From Cyanophora paradoxa CCMP329 (taxonomy: Eukaryota > Plantae > Glaucophyta), in NCBI GenBank assembly GCA_004431415.1, contig QPMI01000412.1:1-64000 (forward strand): a stretch of DNA of 64,000 nt, given 5' to 3'. Both the position numbers and the translations under genes were made by a program. Shown here piece after piece: positions 10,255 to 23,700 of the stretch; the stretch's first letter is position 1; every line of letters starts with the position of its first letter. The notes under the pieces are model-generated. The model did no database searches, was not told the origin of the DNA, and was given only the letters and a program-made list of their open reading frames with translations.

Positions 10255-11484
10255 TCAGTTGACATCGCGAATGCGAGGTACGCACAGGGTGCCCTTGACA
10301 ATCACTCCGTCAGTGTTCGCGTAGTACTGCTTGCTCAGATCTGCGGACATGCATATGATCAGCAATGCGTTCGGGGGAATAGACCAGAAAAATTGCCCTT
10401 TAACATTCATTTGATCAGACGACCGGCTGCGGGCCGGCGCACCACCCAGCGAGAGAGTCGAGGTCTTGGTGGTGCCACTGAGATCATTGCAGGTGGCGGA
10501 GACAGAGGCGTCGCCTTGATTCAGTACGTGCATCGCGCTATCAGCAAGCAGGATACATAGCCGCGATCGAAAGCAACCCAATACTCCGCCCGCACGGCCT
10601 CACGCACTCATGTCCGCGCTGATGTTCGTGGTCACTCCGGTGCACTTTGCGAAGGTGTTGCCCACGGCGGCTTGCACGCTGAGTTGCACCGCCTGCGAGC
10701 TGCAGTTAGGAGATCTAGAGACCATAGATATCGATGTAGCAGCGCTAGCTGCGCATGCAGCCGCTGAGCGGATCATACGCGCGGATCCGGCCTCGGACCT
10801 TCGTCGGGACGAGCTTGCCGTCATCACCAACTTGGATGACAGATCCCAAATCGAGGCTTGATGAGGCGTTTGTGCCGGCCCCGCAATCGGCGGTGCCACC
10901 GTACGAGCCGGGCAACGTGCCGGTTATCTTGATGCCGACGGTCGTTCCGCTGAACGTTTGGGAGGCGAACTTGACCCAGTTCGGTGCACTCGTGGCGAGC
11001 GCAGAGGCGGCCTGAGTGCCGTCCACGGGGTCTGCGCATGCACATAGGACTTATTAGCTGAAAGGAAAACCATCCCAAGCGACACGGCCAGGCTGGAACT
11101 GACAACGCGTGACTTGCGGAAACGTTCCAGCGATGACCACGCCCGGTCCTAAGCCGGCAATAAAACTCCCGGCGTTAGGGCACAAGGCGTGTGAGTAGGT
11201 GTTCGTTGTGCCAGTGGCTTTCATCCATGCTAGGCCGTCCTGGGTCAAGGTGAACTTCACCCCGACATTGCTGTTGAGGTCTGCGCGCGTTGCACGAGTT
11301 AATTATAAATTACGCGACGGCTGTACGCATGCCTAGGCCAGGTGAGCGCACCGATGGAGGACGTGACGGTGGTGCCGTCGGCGGCCTTGCACGTCGCGTT
11401 GAGGATAGAACCCCATCGGTCCGTCGCATTCTTCTTCGTCAGGGAGATGCCTGAGCAGTTCGTGGTGTTGAACGGAGTCGGCAT
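10255..11484 (-). CDS. Cyanovirin-N homolog (CVNH)-like lectin, ~6 exons, three CVNH-type repeats
   Basis: gccATG start at 11484. Splicing (first intron 11351-11281, GT..CAG) gives PFNTTNCSGISL..ILNATCKAADGTTVTSSIDLNSNVG; KFASQTF..GTADCGAGTNASSSLDLGSVIQVGDDGKLV; NTFAKCTG..VSATCNDLSGTTKTSTLSLDLSKQYYANTDGVIV. Each matches the CVNH pattern F..TC...L.A.C...G....S.IDL...IGN.DG.L. Confidence 0.75.
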
Positions 11485-11680
11485 GGCGGATCCGGAGCTG
11501 GAGCTGTAGCTAGGCGATCAGCTGCAGCTGGACGTTCTGAACCGGCTCGCGATCGGCCGCGGGCGCGGGCGGAGACAACACTGTCACAACAGTCTGACAA
11601 CTGCTGTCACAGTGCTGTGACTAGCCTCGTACGCGTCGGCTTACCGTAGTACTACGGTACTGCGGTAGTAGTATACTGTA

Positions 11681-12343
11681 GAACTGGTTAATTTAGTACA
11701 GGAAAATAATTAGTACTTCGCGATTTTGCTCATTTTAGTGGGCGGGAAATATTTGGTAGGTCCGGCCAAACCGCTCCCTAGGGGCGTCAGCGGAGGCCCC
11801 CCCCCCGCCCCCCCCGCGCCCCCGCCGCTTAGCTTCCTCTGCGAGCACGGCAGCATTCACAGCCACGATCTCCTCCGCCTCCTTCACGCTGGACGCTTTC
11901 GATGGGTCGGGCGCCGGCAGCCCGCGCGCGCAGCATCGCGGGGTCGTTCAGCGCCACGGCGCTGCGGCTGGGCGGCATCTGCTTCTCCGGCAGACGTGCG
12001 CTCGACTCGCTCGCCTTCTCGCCTACTCTGCCAAAGAACGACCAGGCGCCCGCCAGCGGCCGCGCCTTCTGATAGACCGTCGTCGTGTCGGGCTCGGGCC
12101 AAGCTTAAGGCGTGGCTGCTCGGCTGGCCGGCCTTTCATCGCTGGAGCTCGGCGGCGACGCCTGGCGCTTAGCTACACGCTTGGGCGGCATGCTTTCCCG
12201 CGCTCAAGGCCTTTTCGAACGGTACCCCCCCCTCCCGCCTCTTTAGTGAGCGATAAAACTTTGTTACTTCGCTCAAAAATGTTTAGTACTATAAATATGC
12301 AGCCCACTAAATATTTCTGGTTCTCCAGTAACTTGCCCAGTTG
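11681..12343. mobile_element. Non-autonomous DNA transposon (MITE) with imperfect TIRs and apparent TA target
   Basis: TA|GAACTGGttAAtTTAgT...AgTAAcTTgcCCAGTTG|TA. Its right end (aaatatgcagcccactaaatatttc...ctccagtaa) recurs at ~14500-14540. Confidence 0.55.
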
Positions 12344-12452
12344 TAGACTCTAGTAGACTAGATATAGTACTCAGTGACTAGAATTTCTGCGGACGTACCG
12401 CTAGTACCGTAGTAGTACGGTAGTACCGGTCCGCTACACTCAGTGACTGTCA

Positions 12453-12772
12453 GGCTGAAATCCGGTAGGGCGTTTTTGGCCAAAGCTTAGCTAATCGCAG
12501 GTACTTAGCGCGTTTGCAGAGGTACCATTACATCATTACGGAACATGTTAGAGGTTTTACAAGCTAGCGAAGTGCGATTTGGTAACTTTCTTGGCGCCGG
12601 TATGGCCATACCGGCGCCAAGGCCAACTTCGCTAGCTTCAAGCAAACCTCTACGATGCTGCTCCTAGTAATTCGCTAGGAGTCGGACTAGTCCGAGTCGG
12701 AACTAAGCTAGCGACGAAAGCTTAATTATATAAGCTAAAACCGCTTAAGAAATCCCCTACCGGATTTCAGCC
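12453..12772. mobile_element. PIF/Harbinger-like foldback MITE
   Basis: Perfect TIR GGCTGAAATCCGGTAGGG, 3-bp TSD TCA on both sides, and a central perfect 32-nt palindrome cttggcgccggtatggccataccggcgccaag (12590-12621). Confidence 0.8.
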
Positions 12773-12832
12773 TCATCAGTGTGACACGTGCACTGTGTGA
12801 CACCGTGCCGGAGACGGAGGGAAATATTTAGT

Positions 12833-14480
12833 ATTTTTTTTTGAGAGACTACGGTGGGGCGAACCCCCCGTAGGTAGTGATATTAAAGACAACAAAGCAA
12901 TCACAAATCAAAGATACAGTAAACTAGCACAAAATATATACAGAATCAAGAGGGATCACGAGAAGGGACACGATCAGAAGAACGCAAAAGATAAGGAGAA
13001 CGAGCACGAGGAGAAGGAGTAGAAGAGCTCAAGGGCGTCGATGCAGAAGTACTAGTCACACTAGAACGACGAGGAGCACGGGGACGCAGCAAATAAGGAG
13101 AACGAGCACGAGGAACTACAGTCGAAGACGAAGATCTAGACGAAGACGACAAGACAGAGCTAACAGCAGAACTAGAAGACGTAGTCGCAGGAGGCAAAGG
13201 CGGTAGAACAGTAGGAGAGGCGAAACGTAGGACACCACTAGAGGGAAAGTCGAAGCTGGCGGAGTGTCTAAACGGAATCGAGATTGTAGAGTTGGTAAAA
13301 CAATGGACGGCTGAAGACTAATCTGAGGAACTGGGGACGACACGAGGAAAGGGCAGAGCTCGGGTGCAGACTCGGAATCGGCAGTATAAGAGGAGGGGCG
13401 AAACGCAAGCCAGTAGTGACAGGGAAGGCAGACGATGGGGCTGAACCAGGCGGGAGAGGCAAATATAGCGAAGTAGAAGAGAGAGAAGGGTACACACGAG
13501 GAACGTCACCATACACAAAATACTCGCTGCCAAAAACTATACGGTCTGACGGTCGCTGAAGATAAAGAGGCGGAACTGCCTGAGGGCTAACAGTGAGAGA
13601 TGGAGGAGGAAGAGGCAGAGCTAACGACAAAGGGAACGGAATCAAAGGTACAGGGAAGGCATGGAATACACGAGGAACTGGAAGGTGGAGGGGCCAGTGC
13701 TCCTAACTAACATCGATGAAGCATCTGATGGAGGTGACGGCAAAACAACTGAGGGTAAACTAAGTTGAGGTGAAGCGAAGATTGATACAAGACTATCATG
13801 AATCAAAGGGGGCCATGCAGGAACCGGCGGGCGAGGTGGATCTGGCGGGACAGCCAGAGGGGAAGCCGAAGGTACAGGAGAGGAAAGCCGCAGGCGCCGA
13901 GACACATGGACAGGGGACGGATCGGCATCGGGAGGCAAGGTTGAATTCGACGGAGACCGGGGGCGGCGGATTCGTGAAACGGAAGGTATCAGAGAAGGAC
14001 TAGGGGGGGGCAGGGAAGTACGGAGCCGCTGAGCAGGTGGCGACGGTGAGGGTGCAGGGGAGCGAATCCGTCGCAAAGTCGGAACAGGCTGACGGGGCTC
14101 GGCATATGTAGCCGCAGCTGCAGGAGCTGGAGCAAGCACTGGGGGTGCCGGATCCGGAGACTGGAGGCGGGGGCGCTGGGCAGGAGGCACAGGATCTGGA
14201 GGATTCTCTGAACTAGAGGGGGTTCGAGGTCGGCGAACGCCACGGGCATTAGCAGGATGTTTATCAGCCCGAACATGACGGTCACGATCAGCAGAAGACT
14301 GAAAGTTCTTCCCACAAATAGGGCATATTAATGTGGAGGCAGAAGCGGCGCTAGCGCTAGCATCGGCAGACGAGCTCAAACGAGAACTCGAGGGAGCCGG
14401 GACCGAAGCTGTATCAGCGCTAGCAGATGGCCTCGCAATGTGCTGAACTTGAGGATTCACGCCGACGCCATTAACTGTAG
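12833..14480 (-). mobile_element. Non-autonomous non-LTR retrotransposon derivative (N-terminal C2H2 zinc finger, no RT visible)
   Basis: The minus strand ends CTACGGGGGG-TTCG-CCCCACCGTAG-tctctc-A10. ORF 13642-14460 has CPICGKNFQSSADRDRHVRADKH followed by Pro/Ser-rich sequence. The element appears inserted in a deleted copy of the 11681 MITE. Confidence 0.65.
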
Positions 14481-15610
14481 CCCAAACACTTTTAGTTATA
14501 TAAATATGCAGCCCACTAAATATTTCCAGCTCTCCAGTAAGCGCTAGCTCACTGAGTCAACTTCTTCTCAATCACGATCATGCATATGAGCCTCAATGGA
14601 CTCCGGGAGACCGTCGGACGTCGACGAACTTCCGAATGCCCGGACTGAACACAGGTTATACAGCTCTAGATCTACCCGGTAGATCTCGCTAGTACTGTAG
14701 CCTGTAGGATGGCTTAACTTGCCGCGTGGTAAAATTGCCGAATTCGCCCAAAACCGGAATTGCTTTGGCAAGATATTGCTGAATCCATATTTCCGCTCTA
14801 TGGTCGGCTTGGAAAATACCTACCCCCAGCAACAATGCCGATGCTTGAAATTGCCGAATTCGGACTCTCGGCAATGCAGTTGAATGCACGCGTACGGCAA
14901 AATAAAGCGACGGTTTCAAATTAAAAGCCATCCTACGTAAAAAAAGTCGATTCGCGAGGAGTCAAGCATCGACGTACTCCGAGTCTCCGACTCTCCGAGT
15001 CTCCGATCGCGAGTCTCCGACTCTGCATGCCAATGATGCCATCCGATCGCCGCCGGGCCGAGTCGCGAATCGCGATCGATATCGTGGGCCTCGTGGGCCG
15101 TGCCGGGCTCGTGGGCCGAGTCGTGGCATCGACTCCATCCGATGATCGAGACCGTCGGACTGATGAGGATCGAGTGCCATCGACAGTGATCCGATGATCG
15201 ACTTGAGCTCGGAATCCAAGCCTCGGATTTTCGAGCCTCGGAGTTGGAAATGATCGGGTCACCGGGTTTTCGCCGACTTTTCGGACTTCCGGAACTTCGA
15301 GCTGAATTCAGAAGCTCCAGAAAGCTTCGGATTTGGGAATTTCCAGGCATATATACTAATCTGAGTTCGCTACTAATTATATAATACTAGTACTAGACGC
15401 CTAGTGATAGGCCTTTTTTTACTTAAAGGCTGATACTAGAAGCCTAGTAATAGGCCTATTTTCGCAACAAAAAAAAGCGGGCAATTTGTTTTAAAGCTTC
15501 CGAATCGAACAGATAATGTTTTTAGTAACAGGCTACTAACAGGCTAGTAACAGCCAGGTATACATATACGGTGATATATATACCAGGCGCAATTGCAAGT
15601 GCCGCGCAAC

Positions 15611-16242
15611 TAGGGGTGCGGCTTGACCGCCAGAAAGTCGGCTCAAGTCAAGCCAAGCCCAGGGCGCTCGCGGCCAAGCCAAGCTAAGCCGGCCGGCCGG
15701 CCCGGACAAGCGCTTGGCCACTTGGCCGGGTCAAGCGCTTGGCCCGGCTTGAGGCAAGCCGAAGGGGGGGTACACTTCCGCAAGCTTAAGCCCTCAGCGC
15801 CGCAGCGAAATGCTATAGCTAGAGCTTATTTTGTTTTGAATTCGAAAGAAACACATCTAAACACTGATCATGAGCTGATAATATATCGACTCGGCAAGCT
15901 CGGAGCTCGCGATCGCGACGCCGGCCGTCGGCGCGATATCGATGATACCTGCACGCTCTTCATGATCAGACTTCTAGATCTACATCCGGTCCGACGTTCG
16001 CGCGCGATGCCATCGATCGCAGGCACGCGCGCGCGCGTGCGCGCGCTACGTGCCGCGCCGGCTTCGAATTCGCTGCAGCTGCGTCGAAGTTTACGTACCC
16101 CCCCGCGCCGATCCCCCCTCCCCTGCCCCCCCCGGGGCCAGGGCTTGAGCCGGCTTGAGCCGGCCAAAAGCCGGTCAAGCGCTTGACCGCCCAGCCCGGC
16201 TTGAGCTTTGGCTCAAGCGCTTGACGGCAAGCCGCAGGCCTA
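15611..16242. mobile_element. hAT-family MITE
   Basis: 8-bp TSD CGCGCAAC (15603-15610 and 16243-16250), TIRs TAGG..TGCGGCTTG, and dense subterminal TCAAGC/GCTTGA repeats. Confidence 0.88.
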
Positions 16243-16747
16243 CGCGCAACTACCGTAGTACGTATACGGTTACTACGGTATACCGTACCAGCATCCGATG
16301 ATCATCGGATCATTGCGCATTGCGTACTACCGCAGTCTACCGGTACGGTGTTTGCCACGTTGCGCAGCTAATTTGCGCACTGCGGGCAGTCTGCGGCAGC
16401 CTGCAGGGCGCGGGCGGCTGAGGGCGGACTACCCTAGGTAGGGTCCAGGCCCCAGGGACCTCTACCGTGTAAGACTTAAATACCGCGTCACATATTAGCG
16501 CGTTCCAAAAATTTGGGCCCGATTTGTTTTTGGTGAATTACCGGCCACAGCCTCTAGTCTACTCCAGCGCTAGCACTGCGGGGGCGTATACAGGCAAGGT
16601 GGGACATGATCGAATCATCGGAATTTGGGCCCGATTTGCGCTTTACCGCGCTACCAAATTACCGCGTTCCATCGTCTTCGAAAATGTATTATTTGTTAGC
16701 AAAGGGGGTAATACTGCGCTACCAAATCACTGCATATATACAGCTGC

Positions 16748-16923
16748 GTTCTACAATCTCGATTCCGTTTAGATACTCCGCCATGCCAGCTTCGACTCTA
16801 GATCTCCCTTCTAGTGGTGTCCTACGTTTCGCCTCTCCTACTGTCCTGCAGCTGCCGCCTCTGCCTCCTGCGAGTACGTCTTCTAGCTCTAGATCTAGAT
16901 CTGCTGTTAGCTCTATCTTGTCG
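16748..16923 (+). mobile_element. Internal fragment of the same LINE-like element as 12833-14480, opposite orientation
   Basis: ctacaatctcgattccgtttagatactccgcc...ctagtggtgtcctacgtttcgcctctcctactgt...ctgctgttagctct is the reverse complement of ~13150-13290. Confidence 0.8.
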
Positions 16924-17201
16924 GGCCCGGCCGCGGCGGGGCCCGCGCCGTGGGCCGCACGCGTGGGCGGCGTGGCCCAGTGGGCCGGCGTGGCCCAGTG
17001 GCCCGTGGCATTATCAGTGATTCATCACTGAGTCACTGGCCGGGCATCAGTGGCATCACCGTGGCACGGTGGCACTGGCATGCATCATGATGCATGGGGG
17101 CCGATGATGGGGCGTTGACGTCGCCGAGTCGACGCCGCGACTCGACGGTCCTACCGGTAGGTCCGGTACCCCCAGGTACTTACGGTAGGCCTATTAGTAT
17201 A

Positions 17202-17452
17202 CCGTATAACACAATAATATGACGGGCACTTTACTATGTCGGTTCCAAATTATGTCGCTTCGGACGTGAAATAACGACATAATTTGGGACCGTCATAGTA
17301 GGGCACTCTCAGTGGTACCCCATACAATTTCACGCCCCATACAAGCCTGAAAATTTCATGACGACATAATTCGGTACCGTCATATTCCACCAAGAGAAAG
17401 GTCAAGTTTTATAACGACATAAATCTGTCAGCCATATTTTTGTGTTACACGG
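17202..17452. mobile_element. Tc1/mariner-pogo-like MITE
   Basis: TA|CCGTATAACACAATAATATG...CATATTTTTGTGTTACACGG|TA, with an internal repeated ACGACATAA motif. Confidence 0.75.
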
Positions 17453-17797
17453 TAGCCTAGTACTAGTACTAGTAGCTATACGCTCAGCGGCTAGGCCTGC
17501 GATCGCGCTCCCCTGAGTCCCGAAGCCTCCCGTGCGCATGCAAGTGTAGATCTAGAAGCACTTCCCGGTGTACATATCGGACCGGTAACACTACCGCTGC
17601 AGCCTGCAGCTGCGCGCGCGTGCTGCACGACGGGTGCGCGCCACGGCCGCCGGTACCGGTGCGACGTGTGCATGGGGGGCAGCCGCGGCCTGCAGTTGGG
17701 CCATGGAGCTCCGAGCTAGCTATAGCTATGTATTCGCGGCGAAGGCTCAGAATCGCGCCTGCACGCGTATGCTTGCGCGTACGACTGGCGCGATCGG

Positions 17798-20700
17798 ATG
17801 GCTAGCTATAGGTATAGACTTCTGCGAAGATTGTCGACGGCTGCGGTTACTTAGCTTTCTCGCTGTATGCATCCTCGCCCCGTGTTTCAGAGCGCCTCCG
17901 GATCCGTGGCTGGGGCCAGCGCATACACGCGTTCAGCGTGCGTCATGCTTCGCGGCCGCGGACCCCTACCCTGGCACGGGTGCGCGTGTATACGCACACG
18001 ATCGAGCTCGAGCGAATCTTAACACGCTAGCTGTAGCGACCGATCCTTATTGATCAAGCAGTTGCCTTGACTCGCGATCGTAATTATGAACTGTACATGT
18101 TGATCCGGCTCAGGATTGCGCTTCGGTGGCGCTGGCGCTCCGGGCAGAGCGCAGCCAGTTCCCCTCTCTTCTCTCTCATCGCCTTTCAGCATTGAGATAT
18201 GGCACGTCTTTCCATTTCAAAGCTCAAATCTTGCCAATCGCAATTGCAAGCTCCTCCTCGTGCTGATGAACCCGTCGTAGGGTCAAGCCAGACACTGACT
18301 TCATCTCCGATCCAGTAATCGGACGGCATATCGTCCAGTTCTCTTCCGCACCTCTAGATGTGTTCGGTCTCTATCGACCTGCTTTTGTAAGCTGCTAGGC
18401 TGCTTTCCTCCTCCCTTTCCACTACTATTAATAGTGATTTGTTCATTTGCGAAACCGCAGCGCATTATCGTTTGCCAGGCTGGAGAATACTGTAAGCCGA
18501 GTGGCTGGACGTCTTCGGGAGACACCGTCAAATCCTATGCGACTGGCGGATATGATTATCTTCCCGGCTACACGTCCTGGTTCTGGCAGTGCGACCTTTG
18601 CGGGGGCGGCGGCCGCGGCGGAGGCAATGATATTTGGGTGCAATTCGCTGGAGGGTACGGGTTGCGCGCGGGATCCTGGACGGTATGTGCAATTGTCTTT
18701 TGATTTTTTGTTCTATGTCGAGAGAAAGAAGGTGACCCTGCATCGCAGCATTTAGTGATCACTTGGGATGCGAGTGGGCTCATCTCGTTTTACAGAAACG
18801 GCAATCTTATCGGTTCTGTTCCTTACTACTTTTTTCCTGGCGCCCCACCATCCTTCACCTGGGACCTCCAATCCGCATGGATTGGAGGATCGGGAGACAA
18901 CGAGGATTCTTTTTTTTGGGTAGACCCATCTTTTGTCAATGGCTGGGTGTCCGGTGCGTGAAGCGGCGCGAGCAGCGTCTAGATATAGAGGTTTGCATTC
19001 CTTTGAGGCTCTCACTGTTATCGTGATCATGATCAGGCTTTCGTATGTGGTCCAAAGCACTCTCCTCTAGCGAAGTTGTCTCGTCTTACCAGGGCTCGGT
19101 CCCGTCCGGCCAGCGCCTCCTCGACCTTCGAATGGACCTCGCGGACTGCATATACACGCCCTCGCGCAACCTTCTCAAAGATCGATCGGGGTGCACTCGA
19201 GCTCGCACTCTATATGTGAATTCTAGGATTGCCATCGTCTTTTTTAAGCAATTGATATATAATTAAAAGGGCGTCAATTGCAAACTCGCAGGTACGGATT
19301 GCACACAGCCGTCGGCGTCGACATATCCCTCAGCTGCCCACTGCTCACTACACCGAACTACGGTCATCGTCATTAGGCGCCTTCACAATCGAATATATCT
19401 ATATGTTCACAATCGTGCATCAGGCGTATCGTTTGGCACGACAGGCGGCGTTCTCGGGCCTCGATCCATCTCCATGCCCGCCATGACTTTGGGCAGCCAA
19501 TCGAGCCTGGTCATTGAGTTTTGGCGCGTCTTTTTTGTCCAGCTGCAGATCCAGATTGTGATGCATATGGCCTATTGATATTCCGATCCCCGCGTGTTGT
19601 ACAGGATTAGACCTTATGCGACTCAGGTCAACGGAGCGAGGCTCCTGGATTTCGGCAATTATCCGACGCCCACACGGTTCAACGTGGACAGCTTGGTGCT
19701 CGTTTTCATGAGCTGTATGCGAACTCGAATCTAATATGAAAAAAAATCAAATTCATTTCGAGCGCAGATAATCTCTATGTGTCCATCGAGCTCTTGTAGT
19801 GTGAGCTTCAACGCTAGCGCTCTTGATCTTCTTGTAGCATATCCGAGACCCTCTGAGCTTGCCATCTTGACCACTACGGCCAGGTCGTTTCGGGAAGCTA
19901 TGCGCTCAGGATACAGATTTTTCAGGGGACGCAACAAGTTGAATCTTTTGCCGCTTTTCAAGGGTCAAGTAGTATAAAGGTGCGGAGAGTTGCGTTTCAG
20001 ACCTTGCCATCATTGTTTTTCTGCGTTGTTTATGCATTGTGGCTGCTCCCCGGCAGCTGAACACGTGGAACTACGTCGTGCTGTGCTGGAGGCCTCGGGA
20101 TGGGAGCGGAAACAGCGCATTCACGTCCTACTTGAATGGTCTCCAAGTTGATTCGGCGACGCGAAAGGCCATTCCAGAAGTGGAACGCTCACTGAACTAC
20201 ATCGGACACCCAAATGAGTGGGTGCGGTCGCTTAGCTCTGTGGTCGCGAGTCGTTTGGTTCCGAAATGAGACGCACGCGTGCGCAGGGACAGCCGCACTT
20301 GACGGGCGGAGTGCTTGCTGATCTGCGGATTTGGCGGGGCACACCGACATCTGACGATGTCGTTGAAAGCTACTTCGACTCCAGCGCTACCCGTTCTGGA
20401 ACGATGCTTCTCGTGTACCGGATGCGCGATTGCACCACCTCAGGGGTACCCTCTCTACTACACTTCGAATTTCCCGCTGCTGTCGACGTCTCCCCCGCAC
20501 CTTGAACTGACCACTAGGCGCGTTCATTGTTTCGGTTAGAACGACACAAGGAAGGTTAGGGACGACTCCGGCTCCGCGCGGCACGGTCAGATGGACGGCG
20601 ATGTGTCCGTCGTTTGCGCTGGCAGCCCTGCCACAAACCCGCTCAGCCGGCCGAGCATACGGTCCGCGGATACGACGGGCCCAGACAGCCTCGAAGCGGA

Positions 20701-23700
20701 CGTCAGCTTTGCAGCAGGCAGGAGCATCGTGTCCCTTGAACTCCTGTGCTCTGGGTTCGGCGGCCCGGTGAGCACCAGCTGCCGGCACCCCGAAACCCTT
20801 CTTGCAACATGGCTTGGCTCACAATTCCTGCTGTCTCAGTATCGCAGCTCGACGCAAGTCAGCGACGCGGGGGCCAACAGCACAACACTTTCTGTTTTGG
20901 TGGCGCCGTCCTTCGGCGGCTCATACATCGTGTCCTGCGTCGCATTCGCAACCACCAGCCTGGGTGCTACCTCGCCGCCATCCGTGGCCAAAATTGTTAC
21001 GATTCCGGAGGGACAGGCAGTTGCTTCGCAATCCGGTGCGTGCGCTCGGGGCGCCTGCTTCCTGCTTTGTGTGCGGGTACTAAATCCACGACAATCGTGC
21101 ATGCATATGCACTCGCAGCGCTCTTTCCGCCGGGGGATTCGCGACTCCGGAATTCTTTCCTTCAAGTGGCCCTGAATGTCAAGTCCAGCGACCGCGGCCG
21201 CGTCGTGTGTGCTGCGCCGCTTCCCTCGCACCCCGTGGGTCGCCGGGCCCCCTCAAAACGCTTTGCCGTCGTACTTCTTGCGAGCGATGTGAGCTCGAGC
21301 TCGTCTTTGCTCTTCGAATTCGGATTCTCGACCCGTTCACGAACTGATCGTCCGAATTCGCGAATTCGCGTCCGCGCATGATAATTAGGAGTACGTGTAT
21401 TGCGACTACGACGTGGAAGCCGCGGTCTGTCTACTGACCAAAGCCCTATCCGAGGTCCGCGTACGAATTTCGAGCTTATAATTACGTATATATGCGCGCG
21501 GCGGTTTCAAGTTTCGCCTGCGCTGATCGACGTTTGTCCGTGCGATCCAGACCGATGGGACCTCTCTTGGCCAATTTCGTCCCGTCGAATGCGCGTTCTC
21601 TTCCATGGCTCCCTTCCCCGCAGTGGTGCGCGAAACAAAATCGAACGTCATGCTGTCTTCGGTATCAAAATAACGCATTGCTGCCAAAGGACCCTGACAA
21701 TCGAACCCCGCCGAGCGATTTGTCCGCGTATATGGTAACTCATTAAACGACATCTTTGAGCTGACTCTAACATCTTCGAACGTTCTCTTTCGACAGAACG
21801 ACTGGAAGCTTAGATGGCCAGCGAATCACACAATCTCGAGCTTTGGTCTGGCTGATCTAGTTGGCCCTGCAAGCACCGTCTTGCAGCCCCCAGAGAACTG
21901 CACAGGCAGCAGCTGCGTTGCCTTCGGGGCCCAACGACTGGTGAACTCTGTGTACAGCGGATGCGATCCCGGGCCGCTTGGCGCCCTCCGGCCCTGGATT
22001 CCCGGCCTGTGCCAGTCAGCAGATCCTTTTGCGTTTATGGAAGTCGCCTCTAACTTCACACACGATTTCCGCCACTATCGTGCTCTGTACGAGCGCTACT
22101 TCTACGAGTCGGTGCGAGCGGACCGGCAGCGAATGAAATCTTTAATTTAAGGCTAACACAGCTGCGCGCCATCGGTTTCCTCTAGGTCGCTGGCCTTTTG
22201 TCTTCCCAGCCCACGGAAGAGTGAGATCGATATCAGTGTACCAGTACTATGCATATGGTGAAAACTCTGATTCGGAAAACATTACGCCTGCAGACATCGC
22301 TGGGCTTCTATGCTGGGAACCTTGCATCTGTTTCGGCCCTTGGTGAGCGCTGGCGACGCTAATCCGCCGTGTATACGTAATGATCCCGAAATTAATTGCG
22401 TCTCTTTTAATTGCCTTATATGCAGCCGGAAGGCAGCAACCTGGACATCGACAAGTACAAAGAGCGGTTCTACCGAGTTCACGTGAGTCGCTGAGCACTT
22501 CTCCTATATCATAGTATATGGCTACTCATCATCTTCGCCTTGCGGCATGCCTGTGAAGACGGACTTCCTCAATTTCGTTTCGGTATCGGAGGACGCCGTC
22601 GACGTCGCCGAGGCGGACGAGGCGGTCGGTCAGCAGAACCTCTTCAGCATGCTGAACTGCCTGGACTTCTACGACGCGGAGCCGGCTTTAGAGAGGAGGA
22701 CGTTCGAGGGGAACCAGACCGCAGCTGACGTTCGGAGGGCCTACGGCGCGTCGAGCGATTCGCTCCTCCTCCAGGACCAACGCGTGCGTTTTAGCCTAGT
22801 TGCATTCGTCTGCTATTCCGCTGTTAATGAGCTCGCGTTCGCAGTTCTTCGCTTTTGCTGGTCGCGGGGTGGCACTCTTCGCTTCGTTCGCTCAAAGTAC
22901 GCTAGCTGTAGCAGACCAGCCTGCATCGCTCAGATTCTAGCTATGGATCTTCTGTATTTCTTACACGAATTTCCCTGCGCAGCCTCGCCTGTCTCGGTCG
23001 TACCGCTCATCAAGGCATGAATGAGATGTTTAATGTGCTTGAATAGAGGTGCTCCCTTCGACTAATAGCGAGCGCGGGGCAGACGTGCACTCTTTCCCGA
23101 TCCGCCGGTGCGGACGTCGGCCTTCTCGCATTCGACATGGCGTCTCTGGCCCCCGGGGGTCACATGCACATCGCCGACTCGATATACAGGAAGCTCGTGT
23201 GCGTTCGCGCTCGCCTAGATAAGCATGCGCCAGACCCGCGCCTGAGACAGCAGCGCCTGCACGCTCGCAGCTGGCCGACGGAGGACGCAGCCGCATACGC
23301 GGATCTGTATCCCCCGCCGGCGTCGGTTCAGGCCATGCACACAGACGGGCGCGTAGAGCCGGACGGCCCCCTGCTGTACCACGCCATCGTCCGCCTCCCC
23401 TTCTTCCCCTCGTCGCCCTCCAGCGCGGCGTGCGCCGCATCACTCGTCGGCGGCGTCGTGTGTCGAGGTCTCAACGTGACTTACGTGACTGCCATGCTTT
23501 CGTGGTGTGCTTCGGTCATTTGCACTTCCCTTCATTGGGTCCTTTACCACCTGTGCCGTTTAGGTCCGTGAACGCTTCGAGCTTTGAGACGCAACCCGTT
23601 GAGGCGCGCGCCTTCAAGTCGAGCGTCCCCGTCATCGAGACGTACCGCACCGGTGTCGTCGTACACGGCCCGCCGCGCATCCTCCGCTCGGACAGCATTC

